Assembly: GCA_003427395.1 (NCBI GenBank)
Contig: BFEA01000011.1
Location: forward strand, 5,528,336-5,592,335
DNA from: Chara braunii
Lineage: Eukaryota; Plantae; Charophyceae
DNA length: 64,000 bases
Reading direction: 5' to 3'
Part shown: piece by piece, positions 49,995 to 63,238 of the stretch
Layout of the letters: each line of letters begins with the position of its first letter
Numbering within the stretch: the stretch's first letter is position 1
Made by a program: the position numbers and the translations under genes
Notes under the pieces: model-generated
What the model saw: the letters and a program-made list of their open reading frames with translations, nothing else
Database searches by the model: none
What the model was told of the DNA's origin: nothing

Positions 49995-50279
49995 TTTTGT
50001 TACAGGCAACAACATAGTCTGAGTTGTCCTCCTATTATAGCATGCACCGAATGTCGGGATCTTGCCGATTTGCTCACTTGCCTTCTCCCCATTCTGACTT
50101 TATGCTTGTGGATCGACTCCTCTCTCCTCTTCTCCTTGCTACCTGCGCTTCCCGTGACAGTAGAGTGAATGGTATTGAATACTTGTGGGAAGGCGCTTGG
50201 ACAAAACATGATGTTAGTCTTTGTGGTCAGCGAAATGGTCCAGTTCTCTGAATGGTATCTCGAGTTCAGGTGGTGTGTT

Positions 50280-50730
50280 TAAAAATGGCAGCTGAATTCA
50301 GACTGGCACAAGCTTTGGGGGCTGAAATCTTGGAGAGTTGGAGTTATATTTTTCTCGTGGAGTTGCATTTATTGAAGATAACACCCGACTGGTAGTCCTT
50401 GGGAATCCAGTTGTTTTTCTTGTGAAGCTTCTCAGGAGAACATGGTTACGTGTATGGCCTTTCTGTGGCCTGGTAAGGTGGAGCGGTGCGGCTAGTGTTG
50501 GGACCGTATTGGCTGATTTGGACTGTAGAGTACGTTCAATGTTTGTGAAACTGGTCCTCCGAGGATCTATAGCACATCTTGTCAGGGGTTTGAATAGCAC
50601 TCCGCAAAGTATGGTGTAAAACGTTCATCCACCGAGGGTCTTGCTAGCTTTGATTGAGATTGTCTCCCACCTACACCGCTGAGCTCCCGGTGCACAGACT
50701 GCTTGCAATGGGTTGGCGAGACCTGTTACT
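50280..50730 (+). mobile_element. Decayed L1-type LINE 3' fragment (zf-RVT-like)
   Basis: Manual translation DWHKLWGLKSWRVGVIFFSWSCIY*R*HPTG...CFSC...E(frameshift)TWLRVWPFC resembles the W..LW....K.F.W...PT...CxxC...H....C motif. Confidence 0.4.
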
Positions 50731-52604
50731 AGTCAATGGTGCTCTTCCCGGGACAAGATGGACATGCATCGCAGGCATGTAACCGGTTTTGCCAGGTTGT
50801 GTTTGTGAAACACATCCTGGAGATTAGGTTTGGCCTTTGGATGGGGCTTTCCCTGTGGCGTCGAGGAGGATACGTGCAACACCCTCGTGAGCGGCGTGGC
50901 TGAACAGGGATGAAACAGATCTTGCAATTTAGTGAGCTGGTGTGTAGATGCATAGAGATCTGCATGCACCTTGGTTGTTCCTGCAACCTGCATAAGAAAA
51001 ACGACTTCACGTGTTGCATGTCCGAACTCGCATGCTGACCTGTGTTAGAGCTTGTCAGTATGTTATGGACAGCTGTTTGACAACATGCAATTGGATGCAA
51101 GTTCCTTGGAGCCACATCCGGACTTCAGTTAGCGCTTGTTGCACCTCGGTTTTTCCTGTATCAGTGCGAGAAACATCACTTCGCATGTCACACGTCCGAT
51201 GTCGCATGCTGACTTGTGTTAGAGGTTGTTCGAATATGTTTTGGACAGCTCTTTGATAGCACGCTACTGGATTGAAGTTGCCCGGAGGCGAATTCGGACT
51301 CCAGTTAGCGCTATATGTTATGGACAGCTCTTTGATTGCACGTAAGTGCTCCTGTTGTACAGCTCTGGAGTGTTCTGAAACTGGGGAGCGCATCGATTGG
51401 TAAAAATGTTTCCTTGATTCATTGTAGAGTGTAGAACTGTGATGTCATTGTAGAGTGGAGGTGTTTGACGTGATTGCACAGAGGGTGGATATCATACCAC
51501 CAGATGGAGTGGCACTAAAAAATGATGCCTCTGTGCACAGAGCCAAAATGTTCCTTCAGTACAGAGCGACTGGGGTTGGACTGTGCCATTTTGTGTTTGC
51601 ACAGACAGTGGAGGTCATACCACTAATAAGCACATGCCCTTCTGATGGAGTGGGGCTGTAAAAACGCTCCCTCTGCGCAGAGCCACTGGGGTTGGACTGT
51701 GCGAAGATGTTCCCCCGGTGCACAAAGCCATTGGATCCGTAGGAACTAAGGTTTCGCATTGGTGAATCTCCCAATGCGCGCACCGTTTCCTCCTATTCCC
51801 TGGGATGACCGACTAGATTACCATGAAAAATGCTAATGGGGAATGCCTAATATTGATGTTATACCTGTAGTATGAATGCATAATTGCAATCGCTAACTGT
51901 CGGTGAACGTCACCTGCATTACTGCCATCAGTATTTCGTAGTGGTTGAATATGAGAACCAGCCAAACTGATGGTCTTGTATGATTCGTCATTTGCGTGAG
52001 TTTTGTGGAGTTCGAGTCTCTCGTAGCAGAAACTTTTTTTTTTTTTTGTATCAGAAACTTACCCAGCTGGGGGCTTGCAATTTTTTGACCAAGAGAAGAT
52101 GCGTGTTGCCGGCTATTTTCGAGATTGGTAGTTTTGACTCTCCAGACACGACATATGAGCTTGGCCAGCAGAGACAGTTACGGCGTGGACGAGTCTTTTC
52201 ACCATATTAGGCATCTATGGTTTGAAGTTCGTGCTCAGCATTGACGCAACCCTGTGGAGTTTCATGCTGCATTCGAAAGCTGAAGCAGTGGAACGCCTGC
52301 TCCTTCCCCACAGTAGCCTCTGCCCAAGCCCTGGATGGGATGAACACTTGTTGAAGTAGAACACTCTTGTGCCCAGCTGGAAATAGCGCTGAGCCCTTTT
52401 ATTACTAAAACAGAAAGGAAGGACCTTGCGTAGCGCTGCTGTGGAAAGGCCAATTCGAACAGCTTAGATAATTATGATCAGGTACCAATGCATTCATTCT
52501 TGAAAGAAGTGCACGGTTACGTCCCTGCGAATAAATTAATTGTCATTTAATGATGTAAGGCACAAAGTGGTGGACGCAGGATTTGAACCGAGGTAGGAAT
52601 AAAC

Positions 52605-52958
52605 TCTGAAGAGATGTTCAGTGTGTTGCCTTGAGCCCCTTGGCCACTCCCCAAAAGGGTGTTCGGCACCGTGAACATGTGACCTAGGGGTGAGGTCCAT
52701 ATCTGAGGGCAAGGTGATGTGAAGGTTTATTGCTGATCAGATTCAATCGATCCAGTGGGATTTTAACATACCTCGGTTCAAATCCTGCGGCGACTCTGAA
52801 GAGATGTTCAGTGTGTTGCCTTGAGCCCCTTGGCCACTCCCCAAAAGGGCTTCGGCACCATAAACATGTGTCCCAGGGGCGAGGTCCATATCCGAGGGCA
52901 AGGTGATGTGAAGGTTTATTGCTGATCAGATTCAATCGATCCAGTGGGATTTGAACAT
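52605..52958. repeat. ~180-bp near-identical tandem duplication
   Basis: CTCTGAAGAGATGTTCAGTGTG...CCAGTGGGATTT occurs twice. Confidence 0.85.
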
Positions 52959-53306
52959 GTGTTTGTGTAAGACATGATTTGTCCATTATAATTAGGTGGG
53001 ATTGAGTTTCAGATGAACTCTGCATGTAATGCATGATTCGTCCATGAGGTGCTATCAAGCATGCTCAGGCCGGACATAGCTGGCTTCTTCGAGCAGCGAC
53101 CTTAAACCAGCAGTACACCCGGAGGCTGTTGTGCCGAACCTGTGCACACCCTGTGCGTTGAAATTTGCCGAAGCTCACGTGCCGCATGTTTCTTTTTGTT
53201 TTGGATAGATCGGTTGGCCTGAGCCCCAAAAGGTCTTGAACTTTTTGCTGGTGGGGACGAGTAGCACGCTCAGGGCAGACGGTTGTTCTTCGAGCAGCCA
53301 CCTTAA

Positions 53307-53493
53307 ACCACCAGTACACCACGGGTCTGTTTACCGTTGTGCCCCCTGTGCCCAGAAATTTGCTGAAGCTCCGGTGGTGCATTTTTCCTTTTGTTTTGGC
53401 TCACGTGGTTGTCCCCAGCCCCCAGAAGTCCTAAACGTTTTGCTGGTGAGGGCGAGTCTAATTTTTCTCGAGGCTGGGCTGTGTACTGGTGGT
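53307..53493. mobile_element. TTAA-targeting MITE (ACCAC family, best copy, 187 bp)
   Basis: TTAA|ACCACCAGTACAC ... GTGTACTGGTGGT|TTAA (perfect 13-bp TIR). A diverged tandem copy lies at 53106-53302. Confidence 0.85.
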
Positions 53494-56429
53494 TTAAAGA
53501 CGAGTGCTGGTGGGCTGCCCAGGGCAGTACGGTGGGCGTGCCTTGGGGCTTATGCGTTCTGTTCGAGAGCTGTTTTCGAGGCTTATTCTTTCTAGTTGAA
53601 ATCTTTTTTGAAATTGTTTTACAGTGACAAGTCATTTTGTGGTCACCTTTGGTCTTTCATTATTTCTTTTTATTGGGCCGGTCCTCCGCTGAGGCGAGCG
53701 CAATGTAGGCCGTTCAAAATTTGGCTGGCAAGTCCGTCCGCTGACGAGCGCTGACTGTGCGGGCTGCGTATCTCCCTTGCTGGACATGTGACGTGGGGCT
53801 GTGCGCTCTACTTTCATCGACCTGTGTTCATGCTCCCAAGTGATAAGCAACGGGAAAAGTGCCCCATGAAATGGATGGTGCTGTGCGACGTGTCACAAAA
53901 AAGAATTGTTCCCCATGAAATGGATGGTGCTGTGCGATGTGTCACAAAAAAGAATCGTCTTCTCCTTTTGTTTTTGTGAGGTGTGTTGGAGGTACGAGGG
54001 TTATGTGGCAGTTTTTTCCCCAGACCCGCAGGTGTGTGCAGCTGCTTACTATGCCACCCTTTAGGAGTTCCAAAGGGGAAAAGCATCTAACCGTATTCTC
54101 CCTCGGGTGCCACCACTGCGCTCCTCAAGAAACTTCCTTATCATCCCTCCAGTGGTGACATTTATGAGAAGTGGGCATACCGGTTGGGTGTATGGGACTG
54201 TATCTGGGACGGCGTGCGTACCCATATGCCAGGTAATTTGTATGGTATGGATTTGTACGTTGTGCTTCTGGTTGCGGGGTTCTGTATTGTTGGTACGACG
54301 GTGAACTGTCCATTCCTGTACTTTTCTATTGCCAATAAGAAGAGAAACAGTTAGAAGGGATCTCTGCATGCCTGGCCTGGGATACCTGACGGCAGGGGGC
54401 TACAGGCCTTGATTCTCCCTTCCTGCACCCCTCCTGGGGGCTTACATGTAGCCTGTGAGGCTTCATGAATGATGGAGTTGGCAGTCATCCTTATCATGCT
54501 CTTGATGATATTCATCTCCTCGGGCATGGACACGAAGATGTGAGCTGTGCTGAATGCACAATTAAGTTACGCACCACAGCAAATCTGTTTTTTGAGAAGG
54601 ATAATCAATTCCACAAATCGTAACCCTTATGCTGCATGGGATGTGGGGTAGGGCCGATGGCAAGCTGCTGCCTATTTGAGGTATGCTTGTAGGATTTACA
54701 AAATGGAGAAGATTTGAAACACATGTTCGGGTAGGTAAGTCGTATACAAATGTTCCTTTTTTGATATTCTATTGCCTGTAATATTTACAATATATGCGAA
54801 GGAGACGACGCTGCTTCGCAGATAAATCACAATACGAATCCATGCGGTGAACAAGATTCAATGCGTTCTGCAATGGGTTCTGCGCCTGTAATGAACGTGC
54901 CTGCCTTTGGAAGGAACACCGGCAGCGGTGCGTGACAGATGTGCACACTGATCTGGTTATCCCCTCCCGATTCCACGACAATTGACTATATTATTGCTGT
55001 GGAAAAGAAACAAAAGCACGGACCAATGCCTTCCGAAAGGATTCCATGGACAATACCGTGAAGAATCATGTTCGCGGAAAACCAGATCAGTACACTTTAT
55101 CAATTTGTCTAGGTGAAGTTATTCTCTCTACAACTCCTTTTTTTTTTTTTTTAATCCGATGGAATCGGAAAGGGATAACCAGATCAGTACACACTTCTGT
55201 CAAGAGCATGGACAGCGCCTCTTCCGAAACGATTCTATGGACAATTGACGCAGACCATCATGTTTCCGTCTTGCGCACAATTGAAGAGCCTTCTCATCTT
55301 AAGATGCGATTTGAACTCGTGAACTCGAAATGGTGTGTCAGGATAAATGCCTTTTTCATCTCAATGAAGGTTAAGAAAAGAATGTGTCTTGAAACTAGAA
55401 GAAAACATCATAGGTGTGGAATTCGGGAGACTTTGCATAACAAATAAAAGAATCATGTGCGTGTAATTTGTGAGATAGCTTTTGACCTTCGTCTGTATTG
55501 GCTTTCGCGGGACAGTTTTTGGCCTTCTGTATTGGCACAACATGAAAGATGGAGGTCATAGTTACACTGCGAGAATTGCAGTGTGTCATTTCGAGAAGCG
55601 CAATTAGACCCCAAGTTGGTTGAGGCCTCTCCTTTCCAAGGCTGGAACAAGCATCAGAGTCGCGGTTGTGATGTGCAAAATGGGAAATATTCAAGTGCGT
55701 TGGTCTCTTCAACTTACCTGCCCGTTTTGTAATGGGAGCGTGTCTTTTGATGGGCTACTAACTGGTGTAGGCCACCGGTACTTTGCAGGGCTTACTAAGC
55801 TGAGCCTTCATCGAACCTGCGCGCTATGTTTAATGGAACTGCCCCATCACTGTTTTGCTTTCGTTTTGGCTGTGGCCTCGTCTTTTGTTGGGGTATAAAC
55901 TGGTGTGGTCCTCCAGTACTTTGGCCGGCTTCCGAAGCCAAGCCTTCATTGACTCTGCGTGGTATGATTACGGGAACCGCCCCAGCGTTGTTTTGTTTTC
56001 GTTTTGGCTGCGCCCTCCAGCCAATGTGGTTTGGTAGGTCGAAGCCCAAACGCTGCAGCGCGTTAATGGGGAATGGCTGCGGCCGGTAGCTGGGCCGAGG
56101 AGTAGTGGTTTAAGAAGTCCTACCCTCTCCCTGCTCAAATGCTGCAGTCCGTTAACGGGGAATGGCCATTGGCGGGCCCTGCTCAAATGCTGCAGTGCGT
56201 TAAGGGGGAATGGCCGTGGTAGTCGGGCCAGGGACTGGTGGTTTAAGAAGTCCTACCCTCTCCCAGCTCCCTTGCCCTGTGTTGGTCAGGGCCGTGCACC
56301 CACGCCTGTGTTTGTCGAGGCCCTAGCGCATGCAGTATATCGAGCATTGTTGACGGATTCACCTCTCGTACGTTGTTACTGGTCGTCTGGTGATTATTAG
56401 TTGACTGTGAGTAATTCTCCTAGTATTAA

Positions 56430-56750
56430 ACCACCACTACCTCCAAGCCTCTATTTGCCAAGGTGGAGTCGCATGCGTGCCAATTGGAGCCAAAGTGCCA
56501 GCAAGGCTTTTGTTGTCCTTTCTTGACTGGTGCTGCCACCATTCGCAGTCCGGTAGGCAGGACACCCCGGAAATTTTGGATGAGGCGCGACTTTGACGTT
56601 GTGTCACAGTGGTGGCGTTCATTTCCACGACCTCGATTTACTAAAAGAAAAAGAGAAAAAGGGAAAAAACAAAAACAATGAAGGAATTTCTTTGAAAATA
56701 GAAAAAGAAAAAAGGGAAAACTAAGAAAGAGAAGTAGCTCATCGTGTGTG

Positions 56751-56785
<35 letters not shown>

Positions 56786-59719
56786 GAAATTGAGAATGAA
56801 TCTTCCCCGTGCACGTGGGAAGATGTATTTGTCTTGGTTTTCATTCTTAGAAGCGCGCTTGACACATCATCATTGCATGGGCTGGCTTCTGTTGGTTAAG
56901 CCTCCGGCTTTTTGTTGTTTTTTTTGTTTTTGTTCTTAGCCTGTTTTCTCGGAACAGCTGATTTTCATTGAGAGCACGGAGTTCTGTCGAGCCCATGTCT
57001 TATGTATATTACTTTCTGGTATGCTTGTGAAAAAAAGGGGAATTTGTACTGGTGCTCTAAGGGCAGTCAACAAACGCGACGCTGCGCTCCCCTCACACCG
57101 GCGGACCGGGCTCAACCAGCACGAGTATTGCCTCTCAAACCATAGCTTCGTTGGGAGTTGATATGGGGGAAACGAGAAGGAAGCAACACGTAGACACCTT
57201 GTTATACGCATAGGTGCCTGGCCACGAAGGCGATCACGAGAGTGCGGCCATCAAACAATTTGTTTGTTGCATGACCTGCTGAGGAGCTCTGGTGCGAATC
57301 GGTAGTTTGGATAAGAAAGCCCATCATCACGACAAGTGGCCATATGGGTAATATACTCCTGGCGGCTGGTGATTGGGTGAAGAATGAACACAGTCTGCAA
57401 ATGGTGGAAAGAATGCTTGCAAACGTGGGTGATGATCTGAACCTGCCATCAATGAACCAACTGCAGGACTGTCTACAGGGTGGAGCTGGTGACCGCGCTG
57501 GGTGACGCTCCGAAAGCATCTGCATTATCTGGAATGCGGTGTGCCATGCAGTAAGTCTTCAATACGTCTTCTCCTCCGAAGATGACATGGCTATCACCAT
57601 TGAAGCTGAAAACAGTGTGATGGTAAATGTCCCAAGATCAAGCACCGGAGTGGAAGAAGCGGGTGGGTGGCATATTGCTGCCAGCAACCACAGACATGAC
57701 GGCAATCCAACACAGGGAGGAGAAACATTGTTCCCCAGCAAGCAGTAGCAAAAATAGTGCCGGCTGGTGAAATATAAGACCTGGCCGTGGGTTTATACGC
57801 GGCCTGTGATATTTAAACATGATACGACAAGGGAGGAATAATAGGGAGTGTGGGAGGCGGCGAAGGGGAGTAGGGAGAAGAGAGTGTGCCAGGCGTATGG
57901 CTGAAGGCTTCCCTCTTGGGGTTGGAGAGAGGTGGGGTGCGGTCGGCGGTGGGTGGAAACCCATCATATCCGGCCTGTCATCACAGGAAGGGGGCCGATG
58001 ACGTTGTTCGACAGAAGATTTTGGGCACCTCGCCAGTCTCCATGATCTCTCCTTCAAAGTGGAAGTGCTGCCGCATGGTGGTAGGTAATTTCTGCCGGCT
58101 TGGTTAGGGGAAGGTAGGGTTAAAGACATGGTGGTAGGTAATATCTGCCGGCTAGGTAATTTCTGCCGCAAAGTAATGAGGTTAATTAGGTTTGACGGTG
58201 GGCTATCTAATCGCATCGCCTCCTGACTATGGCGAGGGGATGGGAGGCATTGCGTCGATAGGAGGAATTGACTGCATGCGTGGTTTGAACGAGAAGTATG
58301 GGATATGTTTGGTGTTTTTTTTTTAACCATCCTGGTTTAGAATGGAGCCATCAACCCTGGGAGGGATGCTATCGGAGGGTGCTCCTATCAGCTGCGCCAG
58401 CAGGTACTCTCTCATTGAAAAAAAAAAAGCAAGAAAACTGAACTCGGTGTTGCATCCACGAAATAAGAAAGGACATGGATCTGGATGTCATGATGGGTGG
58501 ATACAACCACCAGTACTTGGCCCAGCTATCGGTCGCCGCGCTGCTCCGTTAACGCGCCCCGCGTTTAGGGCTTCGAGGTACTGGACCACAATGGATGGAA
58601 GCGCAAGCCAAAACAAATTCAAAACGGTGCGCCGGTGATTCGACAAAAATTGGTGCGCAGAGGCATTCCTGGCTCGGCATTGATAGCTGAGCCAAGTACC
58701 TGGCCCAGCCAAAAAAAAAAGTCGTGGCCGTTGAAGCGCCGCGACGTCCGGTGTTCGGAAAAGGCGCGGCACACATGTATCTGGCTCAGCCAAAAAAAAA
58801 AGTCGTGGCCGCTAAGGCGATGCAATTTCCAGTGTTCGGGAAAGGCTCGGCATTAAAATTGGTGAAGAAGCTGCTCCGCCCAAGGAAGAGAAATCGATGT
58901 ACTCTTATTTTCGCCGTGCATGTTTCCATGTGCAGGGATGCTCCAGCTGCAACTATAATACAGGTGCCCAACAAAAAACAAACAAAAACATTGGGGATCA
59001 CAGGCAGGTTCGTGCAATGTATTGGTCCTTGAATGGGGGATCATACATTTGAAATGAGAACTCACGGGAGTACCGTGTCCTTTGTTACTTGCAGCCCTCG
59101 TCATCACGGACGAAGTCGTGCTCCCGTGACTTCTGGATCTGAATGTATGGTCCCCTATTCATGGAAATATACATGCCCTGGCCAAAACCAAAAAGGAAAA
59201 ATATCGGTTGGATGTGATGTGCCTCCCCGTGAGAAACGGGGAGCATTGAAGACCTGCCAGCGAAGGAAAGCCAGACACTCCACTTGCGCCAAACACATAT
59301 ATATGCCAATGTATCTGTCCATGTTCTAGTGCATGATCCGCATTCATTTCGCACATTTCGAGATTGAAGAATGAACGCCGGTATGTCCTTCCTTTTCTTT
59401 TTTTTTTTTACAAGTATCTTCGGTATTTCTGACGGGAACCCCCTGTGAGAGATGGGAAGTAGGTAACCCAAAGCTGTCGACAGGTGTGCTCTTTTTTTAT
59501 GTTTTATTTTTTTTTTGCGCCCCTAGGACTGCTCACTCAAGAATGTCTTCGACTACCCTTGTGGCCACGCCCGGGCTGCTGCACGAGTGAAAACGACGGC
59601 GGTACCGGTGCCACTCCACAGTGCACCCAAATTTGTTCCGGCCCTCTCCAGGTTCGGCAGCCCTTGGCGGGCAGGCAGAAATGAGGATCAGGCCTCAAAA
59701 ACCGGTGGGTACTGGTGGT
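56430..59719. mobile_element. Possible larger TTAA-flanked element or cluster of ACCAC-family ends
   Basis: TTAA|ACCACCACTAC at 56426-56440 and GTACTGGTGGT|TTAA at 59709-59723. Further ends at ~56101, 56233 and 58506. No transposase recognised. Confidence 0.35.
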
Positions 59720-62700
59720 TTAAAGGGCTATGGCCTTGAGATATCATCATTTGAACTGACCGGCCCTGGGTACTTCACACTTGCAGTATTTTACTGCTTG
59801 GTACCAAGCCGGACACCCTAATGAACAGTCCATGATTGTGGTGATATTTGTTGCAGAGGTTTCTTTCTTCGGTCGGTTATTGGTGTGGCTGGGAGGTTGA
59901 ATTGGATGTGTAGAGACGCCAAGGTTCCAATGCACGAGCCTGAGAGCTTTGACTTCACATGAGTCCTGACCCCTCCCAATTATGTGTTTCTCCCCTTTTC
60001 AGTCTTGCTGTCCAGGTCCCTCGAAAGAAACACACTAACGTAGAGGTGGACCCCATAGGGAAAAATCTCGGAATAACTCTTCCGCCTGGTGTTTTCTCGG
60101 ACCCCACAGCCTCTGGAAAAGTGTTTGGAAGTCCTTTTTTTTGTATTTCCATGACCCCACCGCCCGGAAAAGTGGCGCCTGGAAAAGAGAAGAGCGAGTT
60201 TCCTTTTCCGGGCGGAAAACGATCGATCCACATCAGCTTCGCCGAAATATTGTGGAAAACGCTGGGGGTAGGGGGGGGGCATCCCCCTACGTTTTCCAGA
60301 CTTGGAAGATCGTGCAGTTCCATTTTGGCACCATGGAACCAGGGCCTGCGAAACGGCATTCAGCCGCCGAATTTGAAATTTGAAATTTTGTATGCCCTGG
60401 GGTGTGTCCGCGGTGCCTTCAGGGCCAAATACGAAGCTGTCTACACTGAATAGACATCGCGCACGTGCATGCCATGCATGGCATTCCCATGCAGCTGTCT
60501 ATCACATCCTCCATCCGCGTGCACATGGCCGGTGTTGCTCACCGAAGCATGCGAGAACGGCAGTTAGGTACGGTGGCGAGGGGTTCGTATCGCGAGCGGC
60601 CGCACTCGTCGTCTGCCCCTCGCCGCTGCTGTTCCAACCTCGCACCCAATTCGTCGGCAATGCAAGATGCCAATGACATGCTGTGCATCACCGCATCGGC
60701 CAGATGGAAGAAGGCGGACGAAATCTCCGAACCAAACAACGGCTGCTGCAGCTTGGAAGGATGCTCATGGTGATGACGTTTCTTCGGTTCATCCATTGCA
60801 TGATGACGAAGAGGACGATGAACATCGCATCGTTATCCCAGTAACCCGCCACGGTTGTTGACCTCGACGCGTCCATGTAGGGGGCACGATAGTGCTTCGC
60901 TTCCCGCGGCTATTGCGATTCACGTCAGCCTGTCATTGATAATCCCTTACAGAACACGCCCCCTCCCCTTCGTGTCTGGGAGTTCCAAGAGTCCGCACTG
61001 AACACCACCCGGCACACCCACCCCTGGCTTTCTGCACTGGACGGGCGAACGGACCACGAGCCCAGGTACTTGTGCTGCTCGACCGTTGTTGTCTCGGGTA
61101 CCACGAAATCGTCAAAGCGGGAGGGTCCCAGTGTTTCCCGTCGCACCATGCGCCGCAGATGCCACACAATGCCACCCACGACCCGTGAGCGGACACCCAC
61201 CAGGTCCACCACGTCCTACCAGGCCTTCGACGGCGGACAAAACAGCCAAAGTGGTCCGAAAGTCTGGAATAACTCTTCCAAAAGTTTGGAAAAGAGGCAC
61301 TTAGGTGGGATCTCGTCTTTTGTTTTTCGAAAACTTCCAGAACTTCCCCGTCGCTTTACCACGGAAACTGCCTTTTCCAGACTTTGGGCGGTGGGGTTCA
61401 CCTCTTATATGGAAGTTAGAATCAGAGTGGGCAGGGAGCAAATGCTTGGTTGTGCTGAACAAAGAAGGGCAATGAAGAAAACAAATATAATTTTGGCTTG
61501 CATCATGTATTTATAATTTGGAAAATAAATTATATTTGACCAGGCGGCACAAGTTGGCCAGTTCTTGTTTTTGTTTTCCTGTAGGGATCTTCGCTATCCC
61601 TTGTCTGGCGCTTGGGCCTGGGCTGTGAATGTGAAGCGGGTGGGCAGAAAGAAAAGTAGTTTAATAGCGCGATTTTGTAGCAGCATGCACCTCCTTTTGT
61701 TGGGGCATGTCAAAACAATGTAGTATACAAAGAACAAGTAAGCAATCTCTATGTTGGCAGTCCGGATTCGCTAAGAACAACAGTTTGTGCTCATCTAGAT
61801 GAGAGACCCGGCATGATCTATTTTGAGGGAAGTCTTGTATTGCATGGACCGTCAACCTCCTGGCATCTCCTTATCGATAGGACAATGACAATGTTGCAAT
61901 ATTTTTTTATCACTGATATCTTGTGATCATATTTTGCACGTTCTGTACTCGGGCACATGATTTCTTCTCATGTGAAAGCTCTCTCTTTCTCTCTCTCTCT
62001 CTCCCTGTGACACACACAGACCCACAGATGTACTGCCATTCTTGTTAGAAGTTTGGACCGACAGTCTGCTGCCGGGATTGGAGGGTTGGTGTGGGGACAG
62101 TCAATCTCTTTTCTCAGGGATATAGATAAATCTGCCAAATGTGGTGAGTCCTTCCATCAATTGAATGCGTCTTGGAAAGGCTGTCGCGGTTCAGCATCGT
62201 GACGAGTTAGTGAAAGGACGATGAGATGATTTGCCACAATCATGTTACTTTCTAGTGGAAAGTGCATTTGACACAATACACACACATGGGGTGGATGACC
62301 TTAATATGTCCTCTTTTTTACTTCATCTTTCTTTGTCTCAGTGGCGGTGATCTTGATATGTCATTGGCGGATTGATTGGAAGTCAGGTTTGTATTTCAAG
62401 TGTTGATAGGGAAAACTTCTATTACCTACGATTGAGCAACATGTTCAATTTGGTGCGAGTCTCATTAGGTTGAATTATTGGTGTCGAGTGTTCAAAGCAT
62501 TTTTGAAATCATAGTTTATTCTCAGTAAAAGCTTTTTGCGAAGTTGATATCTGTTCGATTAATTGTCAACTGATGTGTTATAAGTTTGAAAATATGGCTG
62601 CTCTGTGTTCTAGTGAGGAATCCCACTATGCCCGTTTAAACCATGAGTGTTGTTGACGCCTTAAAAATGTGAAATGTTGAGAAATCTAATGGTTTTGTGT

Positions 62701-63100
62701 TTGGGGTGAGGTCGGATTTTCGTTGGAGGATTGGAAATACTTGAAAAGATTGTGAAATACGGCATGAACAAAGCGAGGGCCAAACTTTTTAAGGTAGAAA
62801 ATTATATAAAGAATTTCACACTTGGAGAGGGATTTTGTAAGGTTGTATTTCGATAATTAAATAACCGCAGTATTCTATCTTCACATTTATTGCGACTTGT
62901 ATGTAAAGATAAAGAATCTTATGAAAATGTAACATTAGTAATTTTTGAATATTTTCTCCTTATATTAAAAGTAAGATATAATTTTAATTTTTATTTTTAT
63001 TTTTAATGTATACGTTTTGAAAGAATATAAAACGAAATGGTGAAGTTTAGAAACGTGAATTTGAAACTTTTTGAAGATTGACTTACAATCATTTTGGTAA

Positions 63101-63238
63101 AGATTAGTACCTTTGGAGCGTGGGAAAATAGCGGGCCTCCGACCTTCTCGGAGGCTGAAAGGAAAGGATGATCCTCAATGAGATTTATCAAAGACAACCG
63201 TCGTCGGGCCCGGCCTCCGAAGCAAAGGTACTAGTGGT
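63101..63238. mobile_element. TTAA-family MITE (degenerate left end)
   Basis: ...TAGTACCTTTG ... CAAAGGTACTAGTGGT|TTAA. Shares GTGGGAAAATAG and CAACCGTCGTC with 25614-25813. Confidence 0.6.

Noticed and set aside
49588-50022. Functional nuclear-encoded cytochrome f or ATP synthase subunit
   Set aside because: Only short fragments, no transit peptide, and the ORF ends in microsatellite-derived sequence.
57200-61900. Transposase or host gene among the ORFs at 57-62 kb
   Set aside because: No DDE or other family motif recognised in any frame I translated. A BLASTx search would be needed.
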